A stretch of DNA of 63,717 nucleotides, the filler included, from Trypethelium eluteriae (taxonomy: Eukaryota), in the NCBI GenBank assembly GCA_051942245.1. It is 2 parts of 2 records of this genome, joined end to end, with 100 filler letters (N's around TTAATTAATTAA, not from the genome) between each part and the next. Parts side by side here need not be neighbours in the genome. Positions count along the whole stretch, not along the records: positions 31,919 to 63,717 come from JAVECL010000269.1; 1 more part is not named here. One strand, written 5' to 3'. Shown here piece by piece: positions 49,100 to 62,412 of this stretch (positions are counted from its first letter, which is position 1; every line of letters begins with the position of its first letter). A model generated the notes under the pieces. The model saw only the letters and a program-made list of their open reading frames with translations, made no database searches and was not told the origin of the DNA. The translations under genes and the position numbers were made by a program.

Positions 49100-50010
49100 A
49101 TGCGTTACTAGTAGAGCATACCTAGAGAGGTCAGATCTGTGGCTAAGGAGGCTCTTAATAAATCCGGAAGTGATGGAGCGGGACTCAGTCTGGAGCAAAA
49201 TGGTTCCTGAAAAACACGTGACATAGACGGATTTGTTGAGCTTGTATTCGTCTGGTCCGTTGAATTTTCAGGTATAGTAATTGGGGCAGCGATCAGCGTG
49301 CTAATTTGAGCTTTCCTTCGAGTTTGCAACACTGACAAGCGAGAGAGCCGTCAAGGCCGCAGCGCTGTCCAGCAGTGGAGACTTGGGAGTCGTACCAACG
49401 ATATCCAAAGATCGCTACACAATTTCCTTGAAAGCAATCGGTATCTTTAGTTTCGGAGGAATGGGGTGTTGAGTGTGATGTCTTTGAAGCTGCTGAAAGC
49501 CTGCCAGGTGGTGATCTGGGTATTCACAAAAGCATCCACGGCCTTAGAGTCGAGTTCTTCGATATCATTGACCATGCCTGGAGAGATACTATCAGTTTTC
49601 TGGCTTATATCTTCCAACTCAACAGCAAATCTCCCCTCTGGATCAGGAGGGACGAGCTTGCTAGAGTCAGCATCTAACCTTTGTCCTGCAACCCAAGTCA
49701 TAGCGGCTTCTTCCGTGCTTTCCAAGGATTGAGACACATCTCTAGCTGCCTTCGTAAGGTCACTCAAAGTACGTGAAAGCCCGCTCGCCGACACTGGCCC
49801 AGGAGGACTCCACGGGCCAAGGTTGTATCATTCCCGTCACTGGTCACTAAAATGGTCTTGGAGATGATGGTACTAAGAGCATAATAGTATCCTCCATAAT
49901 CAATGTAGTCCGGACCGAGGGTGAAGCTGGACCCATCAGACTGTTGAAGTGCTTGCGGTTGCTGTGGGTTGATATAGTTAAATGATCTTTGCCAGTAAGA
50001 CAATCAATGA
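49100..50010 (-). pseudogene. Possible frameshifted gene remnant
   Basis: Overlapping same-strand ORFs 49764-50003 and 49447-49794 in different frames, followed by stops. Confidence 0.3.
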
Positions 50011-50450
50011 AATAAGGGCTGAAGGTGCGAAAGAGTCGTGTGTAGGCCTGGAGCTCTGGTATGAAAATGGCCTGAAAGATTCAGGTCCGGAAGTTGAGGA
50101 GATCGTACAAATTTACTCCAAAAGGGTCAGTCTAGAGAGAAACGAAGAAGCCAGAGATGCCTTTAGCACCGAGATACTCGTCATCCTAGTGATGTCGAGT
50201 GGATCTTGCGAGGATGTGGAATCTGGGCTCACCCTCGAAATTTTCCTATACCGTAATGCGATTGAAGAAAAGTGTGCGTGAATCAGGGTTTCCTACCAAA
50301 AAAGTCAAATATCACGGAGAAGCATAGCATCCCTGATCGCGTGTAGCGAAGTTCATCACGCTAAGACCGTTCATTGTGTTTGAAGTTCTTTATGTACCAT
50401 CCCAATTGAATAGACGGATACTCGAGCGTCGATAGTTGTCACCCCTACTC

Positions 50451-51735
50451 TCACGCCCTCTCAACAGGATACTTATCCAAAGCCTCATACCAGAGCAATC
50501 CACTCCCGAAAAGAAATGCCCAACTAGCCCAAAGAAGGGATAAATTACTCTGATAGACGCACCAGCTCGCTGAGCAATACCCAAAACTCGCACTCAACGT
50601 CCAACCGACACTTCCGATAAGATTCAAAACGCCGATCCACCACCCGATGAGCTTCGGAGCGGGTATGTACCAGGCCGACTGGGTCTCAAGGACATAGAAG
50701 ACACTAGAAATGACGAAAAGGATGCCACCGACGAGATAAGCGAGCCAGTACGTTCCGTCGAGCACAGGTGTGGATATCTTATTGTAAATTCCCGGCAAAG
50801 CCATGATACCGCTGACATAGAAGATGACAGCGCCAACAGCCATGATAGAGGAAGCCCACCAGCCGATTTCGTGAAAGTAATGTGTTTTCAGCTCATGCCA
50901 GGTGGGCCACCATTCCCAGTTTCGGCCGGCGGAGGGGTGTTGAAGGTGAAGGACGTCGCTACGGTGCACGCCTTGACCATGGTGATGAGAACATTCTGCT
51001 GGTCGAAGCCGCGGTGCATCCTTGTTGGGAGAGATAGCTTCACTATCAGACTCATTCGTGTGCGAAAATGCATGTTCCAAAGCCCAACCAAAGCAGCCTG
51101 TCTGATTTTCGTTGCTGGCCTCTACGATTAGTAGTACGCCTCCGATTGTAAAAAGCGTAGCACCTAGGAATGCCGTCACACCGCCCGCGATTGAGCTCTC
51201 GTTTGGAAACTCAGTGTTAGGTGCAGCAAGCGGGAGCCAATAGAAGAAGCCGCAAACGACGAATATAGCTGATCCCCAGGTGAAAAGGACCGCAATCCAC
51301 CATGACACATCCCACCAGGCCATCACGGTGAACATACGCCATATGCCCTGCGCAATACCAGACCAGGTAGTTGTGAGCTGCGGCGAGTCGGTCTTTTTGT
51401 GGGTTGATGGTACAATGAGGACGTGGCGGCCTAAAAACATACACGCATGTCAGATAGCGTTCATTCGAGGTCCTCAGTCAACTTTCTTTACCTTTTCTAT
51501 TATCCCTCGAACGCCACTCGAGTTGGGCATCACCCACTGGAGGCGGTGTTCCACCAGCATAGCTGCTTGAAGGGGCATTGATAGGTGGAGCTTGTAAAGA
51601 CGGGAGATCGAAGCGAGCTCGAGTTGGATTGAAGAAGGACACTGGACCTTGAACATGATCTGGCTTAAGCTGCGCCTGAGAATGGTGGACCAGAGGCTGG
51701 CGTGCTGGCGACTTGAATGTTGTACTGCGAGACAT
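50451..51735 (-). CDS. Conserved fungal integral membrane protein (2 exons)
   Basis: WRSRDNRKG|RH spans the intron (~51491-51431); WWDVSWWIAVLFTWGS; multiple Trp-rich TM helices. Confidence 0.85.
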
Positions 51736-52377
51736 GTCGATTCAAGGCAAGATGGAAATCTCCGTCGGCAATTTGATGTGTTTCAATCCCACATGCAGAG
51801 TAAATTGGGTGCCACTCCCATCATGGTATTTTAAGACCTCCTGACGGTTCAGCCATTGGCCTGTCTCTTCCGCTTTCGCCGCACAGCAAAACACGCAGGA
51901 GAGAACGTCGAAGGTGGCAGGAAGTACTCCGTAATGTCGTCTCATCTATCCAGATCAAGCAAGGTTCTCCACCACACTAAAAACGCTAAGTCCGACGCAT
52001 TGAAAAGCCCTCAGACGACGATTAATAGTGCAGTATTTCGACGGGACAAGCACGTATCCAGCAGTCTCGATCCGTTACTAATGCTGACATGAACAATTGA
52101 GTCTTGTCGCGATTCCTACTTGGTTTCTTCAGAACTTGCCTTGATGTGACCAATCAGATTGCGTAATCCCGTCAGCCACCACGGTTGTCCACTACCTGCG
52201 CCACACCTGATTTTGATGTGGCCTGAGCAGGTTCCACGCCACCATACGGCGTAGAGCGCGAATCTTTGTGCTGGCTTTAACGTCCCTTGCCCTTCCCCAA
52301 GTACACAATTGCCAACCCCGTAATCTATTCCTGACTCACTGAGTACCTCGCAGCGTTCGAAACCTGGAAGGGTAATC

Positions 52378-55076
52378 ATGGTGGGCAAAAAGTCCGGCAA
52401 GGCCCTACTCAGGGAAGAAGGTAATCCTAGATCTCCCTCCATCTTCGCAGAACCCAATATTGCCTCAAGACTTATTCGCCCTATTATATGCGAAGAAGAG
52501 ATTTGCGCTACTGCCAAGGCTTCAAGACAAAGCTCGCCCAATGCGCTTCTGGTGCTTGCAAGATGCTATCCCAAGATAGGGCATGTAATCCTCATTTGAC
52601 ACAATAGTCGTGAACCAGGGTTCCGTCAATTGCTCACATATTGAAGCCTTCCACGATACATATACACGATAGATCTAGAGTTTGCGCAGGCGATACTGCT
52701 GAAAAATGTAGTATGCATACTGACATTGAACTAGGGCTTGAACGGACCGATAACAACCTCGACCTTACAACATGGCCCCAAGTAAACATGATCAATCAGA
52801 AGAATTATTACACGTGAGTAATGTCCAAGGCAAATGGCAACAATGTTCCACTTGATACTTTGAATTGTGAAACTTATCTCTCGCGTTTCAGGGACTACCT
52901 CAAGCGAGATGATCAGATTCTTGCTCTAAGGCTTCAAAATGAGGACGCCAGAAATCGAATGACCAAAGAAGCACGAGATCGCGATCGAGCGTTAGCACTC
53001 AACGGTCGGACAGATCCTGATGGCGAAATCTATGGCAATGACGAAGTCCTACCAGACGAGACCGCCGCGTCAGCCAGTGGCCAGGAGGTCTGGGGGTCCA
53101 AGGTAGTGGTCGTGCATCCGGGAAGCCAGAACCTCAGAATTGGTCTGGCCAGCGATGCTCTTCCACGGACCGTGCCGATGGTTATTGCACGCAAGTGGAG
53201 CTCCACGGAGTCCGAAGATGAGACTGAAGGCCCGCTTCCCAAACGTGTCAAGTTCTCGGATGATGAACATTACAAGGCGGAAAAACTCTTCGGAGATGAA
53301 GTATGTCAGAGGTATGCTTTCTTGTCAACTTTGCTAAAACCCTTGCTAGTTTGCCAAGGAATATGGAGAGATGTCTCAAGAACTGAAAGTACATATGCGG
53401 AACAACAAGCGACGAGTATTACCCAACTCGAAAGAAGTCATCGTAAACTTTAATGAAAAGACCGAACCCGAGAATATCTCAGAACACAATGACCCGCAAC
53501 GAATCGACTGGACAGAAATCCCCAAAGATCCTACTCAAGCTCCTGATTTTATCACTGGTCAAGCTGCCCTCCGCATTCCTGACAATTCAAGGCCGAAGTA
53601 TCGGCTTTTTTGGCCCATCAGGAATGGTGTCTTCAACGAGAAAGACTATGCTAGTAAGAATCTACTTTATCAGGATTTCGCCACAATCATCGAAGATGCC
53701 ATCAAAGCCCAACTTTCACTCAAGCGCAAAGCTGAATGGGCTCAGTATGGTTGTGTCTTTGTCATCCCAGATCTATATGATCGAGCCTACATCCTTCAAA
53801 CCTTAGAGATGCTCATCAAAGACTTTGGGTTTGGTAGGGTATGCTTCATACAAGAGAGTCTGGCTGCAACGTTTGGCGCTGGCTACTCCATGGCCTGCAT
53901 CGTCGATATGGGTGCTCAAAAGACTTCTGTTTGTTGTGTCGAAGACGGTATGTGTGTCGAGGAATCGCGGATCAACCTGAAATATGGTGGCAGGGATGTC
54001 ACCGACAATTTCATTCGGATGATGCTCTTCGATCATTTCCACTATCAGGACATTGATCTGAGACGACGGTACGACTACCTCCTTGCCGAGGAGTTGAAAC
54101 AGAAATTTTGCACCATGAACGAGGCGGAAATTAGCCAGCAGTTGTACGACTTTCATCTCCGTGCTCCAAGCCAAGATACTAGAAAGTATCTCTTCAAAAC
54201 TTATGATGAGCCCCTACTTGCGCCCATGGTAAGCCTTTGCTGCTTTAGGCTTACAAGTGTTTTACTGATTCTGTCCATCAGGGATATTTTCGGCCCACAA
54301 TATTTGATCATTCTCAGAGAATGCAGGGTCGTCGCCGACTCATTGATCGGTCATACGATCTGTATGATGGCCTCCCAAATGATCCTATGTCTCCTGCTCA
54401 ATTGGCGGTCATCCAATATGCAACTGGCAATCCGGCTTTTGCCAGTGCTGCGGCTGCTCCAGCCCTTGAAGCCCTCACTACTACTGCCAATACCTCAACC
54501 CCTGGCCGGCAGCCTCAACTTAACTTATTAAATCGCTTGAACAATGAAAGCGAAGCAACACCGCGATCATCGGAAGCCGGATCACCAGCACCTGATGGAA
54601 CTGGAACGCCACAGTTAGGTCGAGCTGCATCGCCGGGCGCGGTGGCAGTTCAAGAGACGGCAAACGCGCAAGCCAATGCTGCCGCTGGCGCTTTGCAGCA
54701 ATCGATTCAGCAAGATAAGACTTTGCCCATTATGCCTCTAGACGTAGCGATTATCACATCGATCACTCACGCAGCTCGAGGTGATGAACGCAAGTTCCGC
54801 GACTTTTTGGGTGGCGTCATGGTTGCTGGAGGTGGTGGCAAGATTGTTGCGTTCAAGCAAGTGCTGGAGGAAAGACTTCAAATTATGCAGCCGGCGTATG
54901 CCCGTGATATCCTGGTTGGCTCACCTCCGAGAGACCTTGATCCGCAAGTGCTGGTCTGGAAGGGAGCGAGTGTATTTGGAAAATTGAGCGTGACAAATGA
55001 TAGCTGGATCGGGCAGATGGAGTATGACAGACTGGGAAGTCGATTGCTAGCTTACAAGTGTATGTGGTCGTGGTAA
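52378..55076 (+). CDS. ARP8: Actin-related protein 8 (INO80 complex), 5 exons
   Basis: MVGKKSGKALLREEG|LERTDNN, INQKNYYT|DYLKRDDQ, VHPGSQNLRIG, IQESLAATFGAG, VWKGASVF. Confidence 0.96.
52545..52663 (+). ncRNA. Candidate intronic H/ACA box snoRNA in ARP8 intron 1
   Basis: Hairpin (ATGCTATC/GATAGGGCAT), H box ACAATA 52601-52606, hairpin closed by GTCGTG/CACGAT with inner TCAAT/ATTGA, then ACA at 52658-52660; lies in a 314-nt intron. Confidence 0.55.
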
Positions 55077-55589
55077 CCAGGATAATTCGAAACGAGAACG
55101 AGATTTACAGTAGCTAGGTAGTGAAATGAAATGGGAAAGGTCTGAGAGACGAATGTTATCTACCTAGTAGATACCTTAGATAAAGGGTTTCTGTTTCTGT
55201 CCTCTCCACGAACTTAATCCTAATTAGATTTATGGCTCTTTGTGTAACAATGCAAAATTTGCAGCTGACTCAACTTTGCAAAGAACATATTCTCCCAAGT
55301 ATAGATAGTTAAGTACCTATTATCAATAAAGATTGGTGGTGTGAAAGACTTCCTTGTATTTTCCGCTTGCTTGCGAGCAGTGGGCCGGCTGGCTGGACGC
55401 TTTCCTTGGCAGAATTAGGCGGTGAGGCGTCCTACTCTACTTGCTCCGCTCCGTCACCTTGCCTTAGGTAGATTGAAGCTACATAGGTATGTTATAAATA
55501 TTTCCAATAGAACCACAGAGAGCTGATGGCTAATACGCACCCTACTGAATCACCAACAGAACGTCTAGGATCGGCAGGACTAAACGCAC

Positions 55590-56872
55590 ATGGATGAAGC
55601 AGAGCCGCATGCAGTTCCAGTCGACTGTGGCCCAAATCTTCTTGTCACTACGCGTCCGTCTCCTGAAGAACCGAATATCGCCGTTGATATCAAAACGAAT
55701 GAAGCCTTCCATGGTACTATGACAAAATCAGATCCTCAACCTCTAGCTGCACCACAGAATTCTTATCCAGAGAAGGTGCGCTGCTACTCTTTATTCCAGG
55801 AGACGCGCTGACTGTTCTGAAGCCGGCAGTTGTAGAAGAACGAAGAGGCGAGATTGAATTTCGCGTTGTCAATAACGATGGCACCAGAGAGAGTACGATT
55901 ATCCTGACAGGTCTTAAAAACCTGTTTCAAAGGCAACTTCCGAAAATGCCGAAGGATTACATCGCCCGTCTCGTCTACGATCGCACTCATTTGTCTCTCG
56001 CCATTGTCAAAATGCCTTTGGAGGTCATTGGCGGAATCACATTCCGAGAGTTCCGGAATCGGAAGTTTGCTGAAATCGTTTTTTGCGCCGTCTCATCTGA
56101 TCAACAGGTGAAAGGATACGGAGCGCACCTAATGGCCCATTTGAAGGATTATGTTAAAGCTTCCTCCCCAGTAATGCATTTTCTAACATACGCTGATAAT
56201 TTTGCCACCGGGTACTTTCAAAAACAAGGCTTTACCAAAGAAATTACTCTCCCCAAGTCTGCCTGGATGGGATATGTCAAGGATTACGAAGGAGGGACGC
56301 TCATGCAATGCACTATGATTCCCCGGATACGTTATCTCGAAGCTGGCCGTCTACTTCGAAAGCAAAAGGAAACAGTACAAGCCAAGATCCGCATGTTGAG
56401 TCAGAGCCACATCATCCATCCACCGCCTCAGCAATGGGCCAATGGCGTAACTCCAATCGATCCACTCACCATCCCTGCCATTCGGGCAACTGGCTGGTCT
56501 CCGGAAATGGATCAATTAGCACGTGAACCACGCCGCGGACGCCATTTCAACGAATTTCGACGTTTTCTGTACCAAATTCAACAGCACAACCAAGCATGGC
56601 CTTTCCTCAAGCCTGTCGACAGAGATGAAGTCCCTGATTATTACAATGTCATAACATCACCGATGGATCTATCGACTATGGAAGAAAAACTGGAGAACGG
56701 GTTTTATACTACCGCGGGAGAACTTGTCGATGATCTTAAGTTGATTTTTAGTAATTGCCGGCAATATAATGACGCAACGACGGTATACGCCAAGTGTGCG
56801 ACTAAGCTGGAGAAGTATATGTGGAATCTTGTCAAGGAAAATCCTGAGTGGGTGGACTTACTTGAGAAATAA
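55590..56872 (+). CDS. GCN5: Gcn5-family histone acetyltransferase (GNAT domain plus bromodomain), 2 coding exons
   Basis: [76 protein letters not shown]; intron ~55776-55821. Confidence 0.93.
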
Positions 56873-57656
56873 TTGGTGTTATGACGGTTGAGACAGGGTG
56901 ACAGTGACAAGCAAACAATCAGGAGCTTTCTTTTCTTAAATTTGGGAACTTCTGCATTTGTTACTCTAATTTACTCGCTCTTTGATGTCCATCAAAAGTA
57001 TTAGTGCATCCTGTCTTTCCGATTTACAAGTCTGTTGTTTGAATGAAGCAAGGATATGGGTTGAATAACCTTCTGGGAAAGCCGAAGTCATGTGGCTAGT
57101 ATTCATTGGAGAGGATCATGCAGCAACAGACGGCAGTAGTGCGGATTGGGTTTCCAAACGGAAAAAGAGCAGTAAGTTAAATATAGTATTTGATATGCCA
57201 ACATTATTACGAGACTAAAGACAACGAGGATTTAGGTGATCACCGCACTCACCCCGGTGCATAATCAACATTAGTGAACGAAGAGTTCACATTGATCACC
57301 TCATGGCCTGACGTCTCAAGGTAGCGAGGGGTTGGGGGAATATGGCTTCTTTATAGCCAGTACTGCGGAGCTTTTACTTCACTGTGCATCAAACTCTTGT
57401 TCGCAGGAGATCAGCCCGTATCGGGCTTTGAGCAAGCTCCAGTGATTGATTTTCCATTCCTTTTGTCCAAGACGCCCGGTGTCTACAAATCAAGACTTCC
57501 TGCTAAAGTGAGCTTGTGCATGAGGACAGTTTTCGACAACATGCTTCGTACTATCAATTTCCAAATGAGTGACTACAACTAAAATCTCTCCTGATTGAAT
57601 GACCACGTCGGCTCGACAATAGATAACGAATGACAGTATAAGCACCAGTAGACTCA

Positions 57657-58207
57657 TTCAGAATCGAGCTCGCAGAGTGGAGCCTCCATTTCGATGTCAA
57701 ATTGAGCCCGAAACCTAAGAACCTGATCAACATACTAGCGGCTGGGCTTGACATGCAGGTGACGAGATGTTCGGAGAGGGGAAGAGGGCCGGGTGCACTA
57801 ATAAATGGCCTTTTTTGTCGGAATATTGATGCAATAAGACATACAGTCCGAACAGCGTTGACCGGGGCTTTCAGTGTGTCCTTTGCACGCCGGGCACATG
57901 TCTGTGTGGTGAGGCAGTTTTAGTCAGCCTCTTCCTTCGGGAATGAAATACATCATATCCACAGATTTGATATTGATTACTTACGATTCGGGCAGAATAA
58001 CCCACCGGCACTTGCGGGCGTAGCATGATTGGGACATCCGGAAATCTTACACATAGCTGGTAATTTCGACATCAGCTTTGGTCCTGGCGGGTAAGAAGTG
58101 CTATGCTCTTCATGCAGGTCAAGCCCGGGAAGCAGGAATGGGCAAATATGTAATTGATCGTCTTCTTGAAATTGTCGGGAAGGGAAATGAATTGAAAACT
58201 TACCCAT
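57657..58207 (-). CDS. Tiny multi-exon Cys/His-rich protein; 3' exons uncertain
   Basis: ATGG|GTAAGT..CAG, C|GTAAGT..CAG and T|GTATGT introns give MAMCKISGCPNHATPASAGGLFCPNHMCPACKGHTESPGQRCSD... Confidence 0.55.
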
Positions 58208-60670
58208 GGTATTCAACTGGCTATCTTCTGAGGGGCTCGAGAAATATGTAGATAGATGAATTAATGGGGAAGAGCGACAAGTCTGAGCTGTAATAATGAG
58301 ACGGGAGATGAACGGGGATGCATGTTAGAGCAGGAAGTCTCAGGCCCTCTTATACTAGAGATTTTGGTATTCGGCTTGGTCAGGTCCTTCTCTTCAAACT
58401 GTGCCGATGTGTCATATGTGCGCAGCTGCATGAGAACGCGGGATATTTCTTGTCCAGTAAAGGAATGGCCACCAGGAAATGTCGGCCCAGGACCAAAGGA
58501 GAATGCAACTTGATTGGTGTATGAAAGAGTCTTATCACTTCCGTGCCTCAAAGGCGCCTACAGGAGCTGTAGAATAGGTTATGGTTAATACGATACTCCG
58601 TACATTTACCGTGCTACAGAAACCGATTGTTCTGCTACGCGCCGCTGTGGCACGCATAGCTTGTTTCGGTCTTAGAATGCGCGGTTGTCTGCTGGAGCGA
58701 GAACTTAATGCAGGACAAGGCGGATTAGAGGATGAAGGAGATGGGGTTTCCAACTGATAGCCGTAGACCCGGTTAGGCATACTCCGTACATTTCCTGTGT
58801 TTGATGAACATGAACTTTTCTCCATCATCTCGTTGTCTTAAGAGCTTCATGTTTGATTGACGATCGGTGCAGCTCCTCTAAGCAGTTTCGACAATACTAT
58901 ACCGACAAGGCAAGCGTGCTGCATCTTACGTATTATTCGGCTCTCTTCACGCTTCATAAAATCAATCGCTCCATGATTGCGGGCGGGCGGTAAGATGGTT
59001 GAATGACCTCACGCGCCAGGAGCTTGAAGCACCTCGCGGACGACTGCCGAGACCGAGGATTCGGTGGATTCTGTCGATATTAGATTAGCAAGGACTGCAA
59101 GCCCCACTTAAAGGCCGACATGTCCCTTGTCCACGGAGATGCAGCTGAATCGCGCGGATAGGTGATTCCACCCTGCGATGCAAGCGCCTAGTCCATTAAA
59201 GGCAGGACTTAAGACCAAAGGCACCAAAGGAACTCCATAGACCCTCCATAAGCGCCGCTCGTCTTTCCAAATCGCATGCTATCACTGTCTATTAATGGAG
59301 CAGGGGTACCGCGCGTATCTGCAAACAAGGGTCTAGCGATCTTCACTGCCACAGTCCAAGAACAAAGAATCGAGGCAATTTCATTTGGCAACGCTTGGTG
59401 ATGAGAGGACGACTGAAGGTACACGTGCAAAGATAGAATGTGATCCAGGCATCCGCGTCCTTCACCTCTGCTTAGGTAAGAACTTCTCACCGTTACAGGC
59501 TGGCAATGTGCAAGGAATGGTATAAAGTGAATCACCACTGGGTGATTGTGTCGGTCCCAGTATTTTTCCAATCCTCTAAATAGACACAAGTTGGCTTGTA
59601 GCCGCACGCAAGTACGATGTGTTTCCATGCCCACCGACTTGTAGGTTGATATGTCGCTGAGCCAACAGTCCCCACCAATCAGACTTCCTGGACTTTCGCT
59701 CCGAAATACGATATGTTCAGATTTTAGCTCTTCGTCCAATTCCGCGCCTAATACCAATTGACTTGATTTCGAGCTTAGTAAGAGCACGCCTGAGCGGCTT
59801 CTAACCTGACCATATTGCTATTGATATCCAAGGACGGTAGGGCTGTTTTATTTGTCGATCTCAACATTATCACTTCCTGCTACAATCTTCAAAGATCAGA
59901 CCATGGCCTGATAAGAACTTCCTAAGGCTAGTTAAGCGCCATAACGCGATGAAGGAGAATGGACACGGAGAGATACGATAAAGATACGAAATAGAGACTA
60001 TAGAGTAATTGATATAACATCGGAAGAAACTAAAGATAGGCTCCAATTGGTGGAGCATAGGCAGAAGAGTATGGACTCCCTTACGCACCGCTACTCTAAT
60101 CGCTGACTTCCCAGATAGAATGTGAAGCGGAGGAAGCGAAAAGCTCAAGGCATCCGGAAAAGGGCTTTACATTTTGAAGCCCCGACATGAGCGTGCAGGA
60201 GGGCCGCCAGCAGGGACAGGTAGAAATACGGCAGGAAACAGGGGTTACAGCTCGCGCAGATATTAGTAGGAATTCTATATATTATGTATACTTTACCAAA
60301 TAATAGGAAATTTGTACATAGTAATCGGTACGAATAGTAGTAATAAATTTAGAATGATCTATTGTACAGTAATGGAGGATATAGATAAAAAAAAAAAAAC
60401 CCCCCCTCCAAGGTTTATACACTAAAAATAGAGGTAGGAGGGTGGGTTTCTGCTCTACGGAGTACCCAGATACCGAGGTACCTTAGGTAATCGAGTATTG
60501 TGATATCAAATTGCGCTTTTTGTAAAACCCGGTCTCCGGAATTCCCTCGCTTTGCATACCGCGACTTTCACATTTCTTGTCAATCGTTCAAAGTGTCGTA
60601 ATTAGACCTTTTTCCCACCAATCGTTCGCATCTTGAGAAGTTGTGCTAGAATCGCCAGAGCGCATTCATA

Positions 60671-62117
60671 ATGTCGGCAGCTTCTGGACGTCCAGAGCGA
60701 GTTTACCATCAAGACTACATAGCGCGAATCCGTTACTCGAATGCCTTACCTCCTCCACCCAACCCACCCAAGCTTCTTGAGATTCCCAATACAGGGCTCG
60801 CTGGAGGACAGTATACTTCGGCTGGGTTTGCATCACGGCTGGCACGAGAGCAGCCGCTGAACATTGAAGCAGATGCGGAGCTTGGAATGCCAATTGATTT
60901 GGTCGGCCTTCCTAGAATCTTTGACGGTGATGAGAGCGGTACGATTGCATCGAAGCGCACTTCTACTACATCTCAGAACTGACACTCTCTTCCCAGCAAT
61001 ACGAAGTCTTGATCATCCCCCATCAGTCCATCCGCACGACAAACCCCTCCTCCGTCCTCTTGCCGCGCTCGGCAAAGCATCTTCTTTAACGACAGGCGCC
61101 AGTTTCCTTCGAAGATCAGAATATACGTCCTCAGAATCTCGGTCACGATTTGATTCAAGTACCTCTAAAGATCTGCTACGACTGCGGAATGATCAGAAGC
61201 GAGCAAGGCGGACGGACGTCAACAAGGACGACTCTATGAACATTCTACGGAGTGTCATCAAAGGCTTTGACGTCGCATATCCACGAGATGCATATCGAGG
61301 TGCAGATTCTGGGAATAATATTAGAGGCTCAGAAGTCGCACGACCTGACGCTGATGCGTGGAACAATCCACGACATCCCACCAATCCGAACCTACGACTC
61401 TTGGACAGCTATCCAGTGGTACCAGATCTAGAAGCACTTCCAGAAACGGGCTCATATCTTGTGACAAAATTCCACACCAACCCCGTTGCTGGGTCAGAGA
61501 GTTATGACGAACGATTGGATGTCGGGGTTTTCAAGCCTAACGACGAGTCTGAAGAAGATCAGGAGCGAATGCGACTTGCGATAGCAGCCCATGATGCCGA
61601 TCCTAGTGTGCCTGTACCAGTACCGACGTACAGCTACGACTACTTCCTCCCGAAAAGGACGTCTAGCGTGCGCGGTATCAAGCGCAAAGTCAATCCGTCG
61701 GACCCGGAACACGAGAATGATGAACTCTACGATGCCGTTCGAAATGACGGCCAAAAGTGCTTCCACTACGATCGTGTGCGTGGTTATGAGACATATCAGC
61801 AAACGGGCAATGTCAACGAAGAGTATCAGGATACGGTCCTGATCGCCTTGCATGATCCAGAGACCTCAGCTACCTCGGAGGACGGTAGGCAGCTGCAGAA
61901 GGCGGCATACTACTATCCCATCTTATCGAAAAGTTTTATTCGGCCGAAGAGAGCGCCAAATACAGCGCGGATGGGGATGTCCGGCCGACAGCTACAGAAG
62001 AGCGAAGACCAGATTGATGCGATCGAGGCGACAATTAGGGAACCGACGGAGGAAGAACGCAATATGAGGATTGAAAAGAAAGAAATGTTGCAAGGATTGA
62101 CAAGCTTAGAGGTTTGA
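60671..62117 (+). CDS. PAF1: RNA polymerase II-associated factor Paf1 (2 exons)
   Basis: HQDYIARIRYSNALPPPP, DAELGMPIDLV, SFLRRSEY, KAAYYYP; intron ~60939-60996. Confidence 0.95.
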
Positions 62118-62412
62118 TCGATTTCAATCTCGAATAATGTACTATTGTTTTGAACACACCGACCAGTGCATGGCTTAGCACACGGGAGCTTCTTTGTTAC
62201 ATTATCTAGCGAGGCGTTAGCGGAAGTTACCCAAGAAGAAATTGAAAGATTCACCGTCAATTTAGCAGTCTCATCTGTGCCCTCTACCGTGAAGCCCTTG
62301 CTATAGCATACTCAAGGGATTTCCTGGTCTGAGGTCCCTTTCCTTCAGTTCCAATCCCCGTGGTTATGCCCATGAAGTGCTCGTATCAGTCAAAGACCTC
62401 AATGTGACCGCT

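Noticed and set aside
58261..59787. Minus-strand ORFs of 96-192 aa
   Set aside because: Possible exons or remnants, but no coherent gene model or recognisable family.
60260..60490. AT-rich patch, A/C homopolymers and a near-palindrome upstream of PAF1
   Set aside because: Consistent with ordinary promoter or tiny repeat debris; no element boundaries seen.
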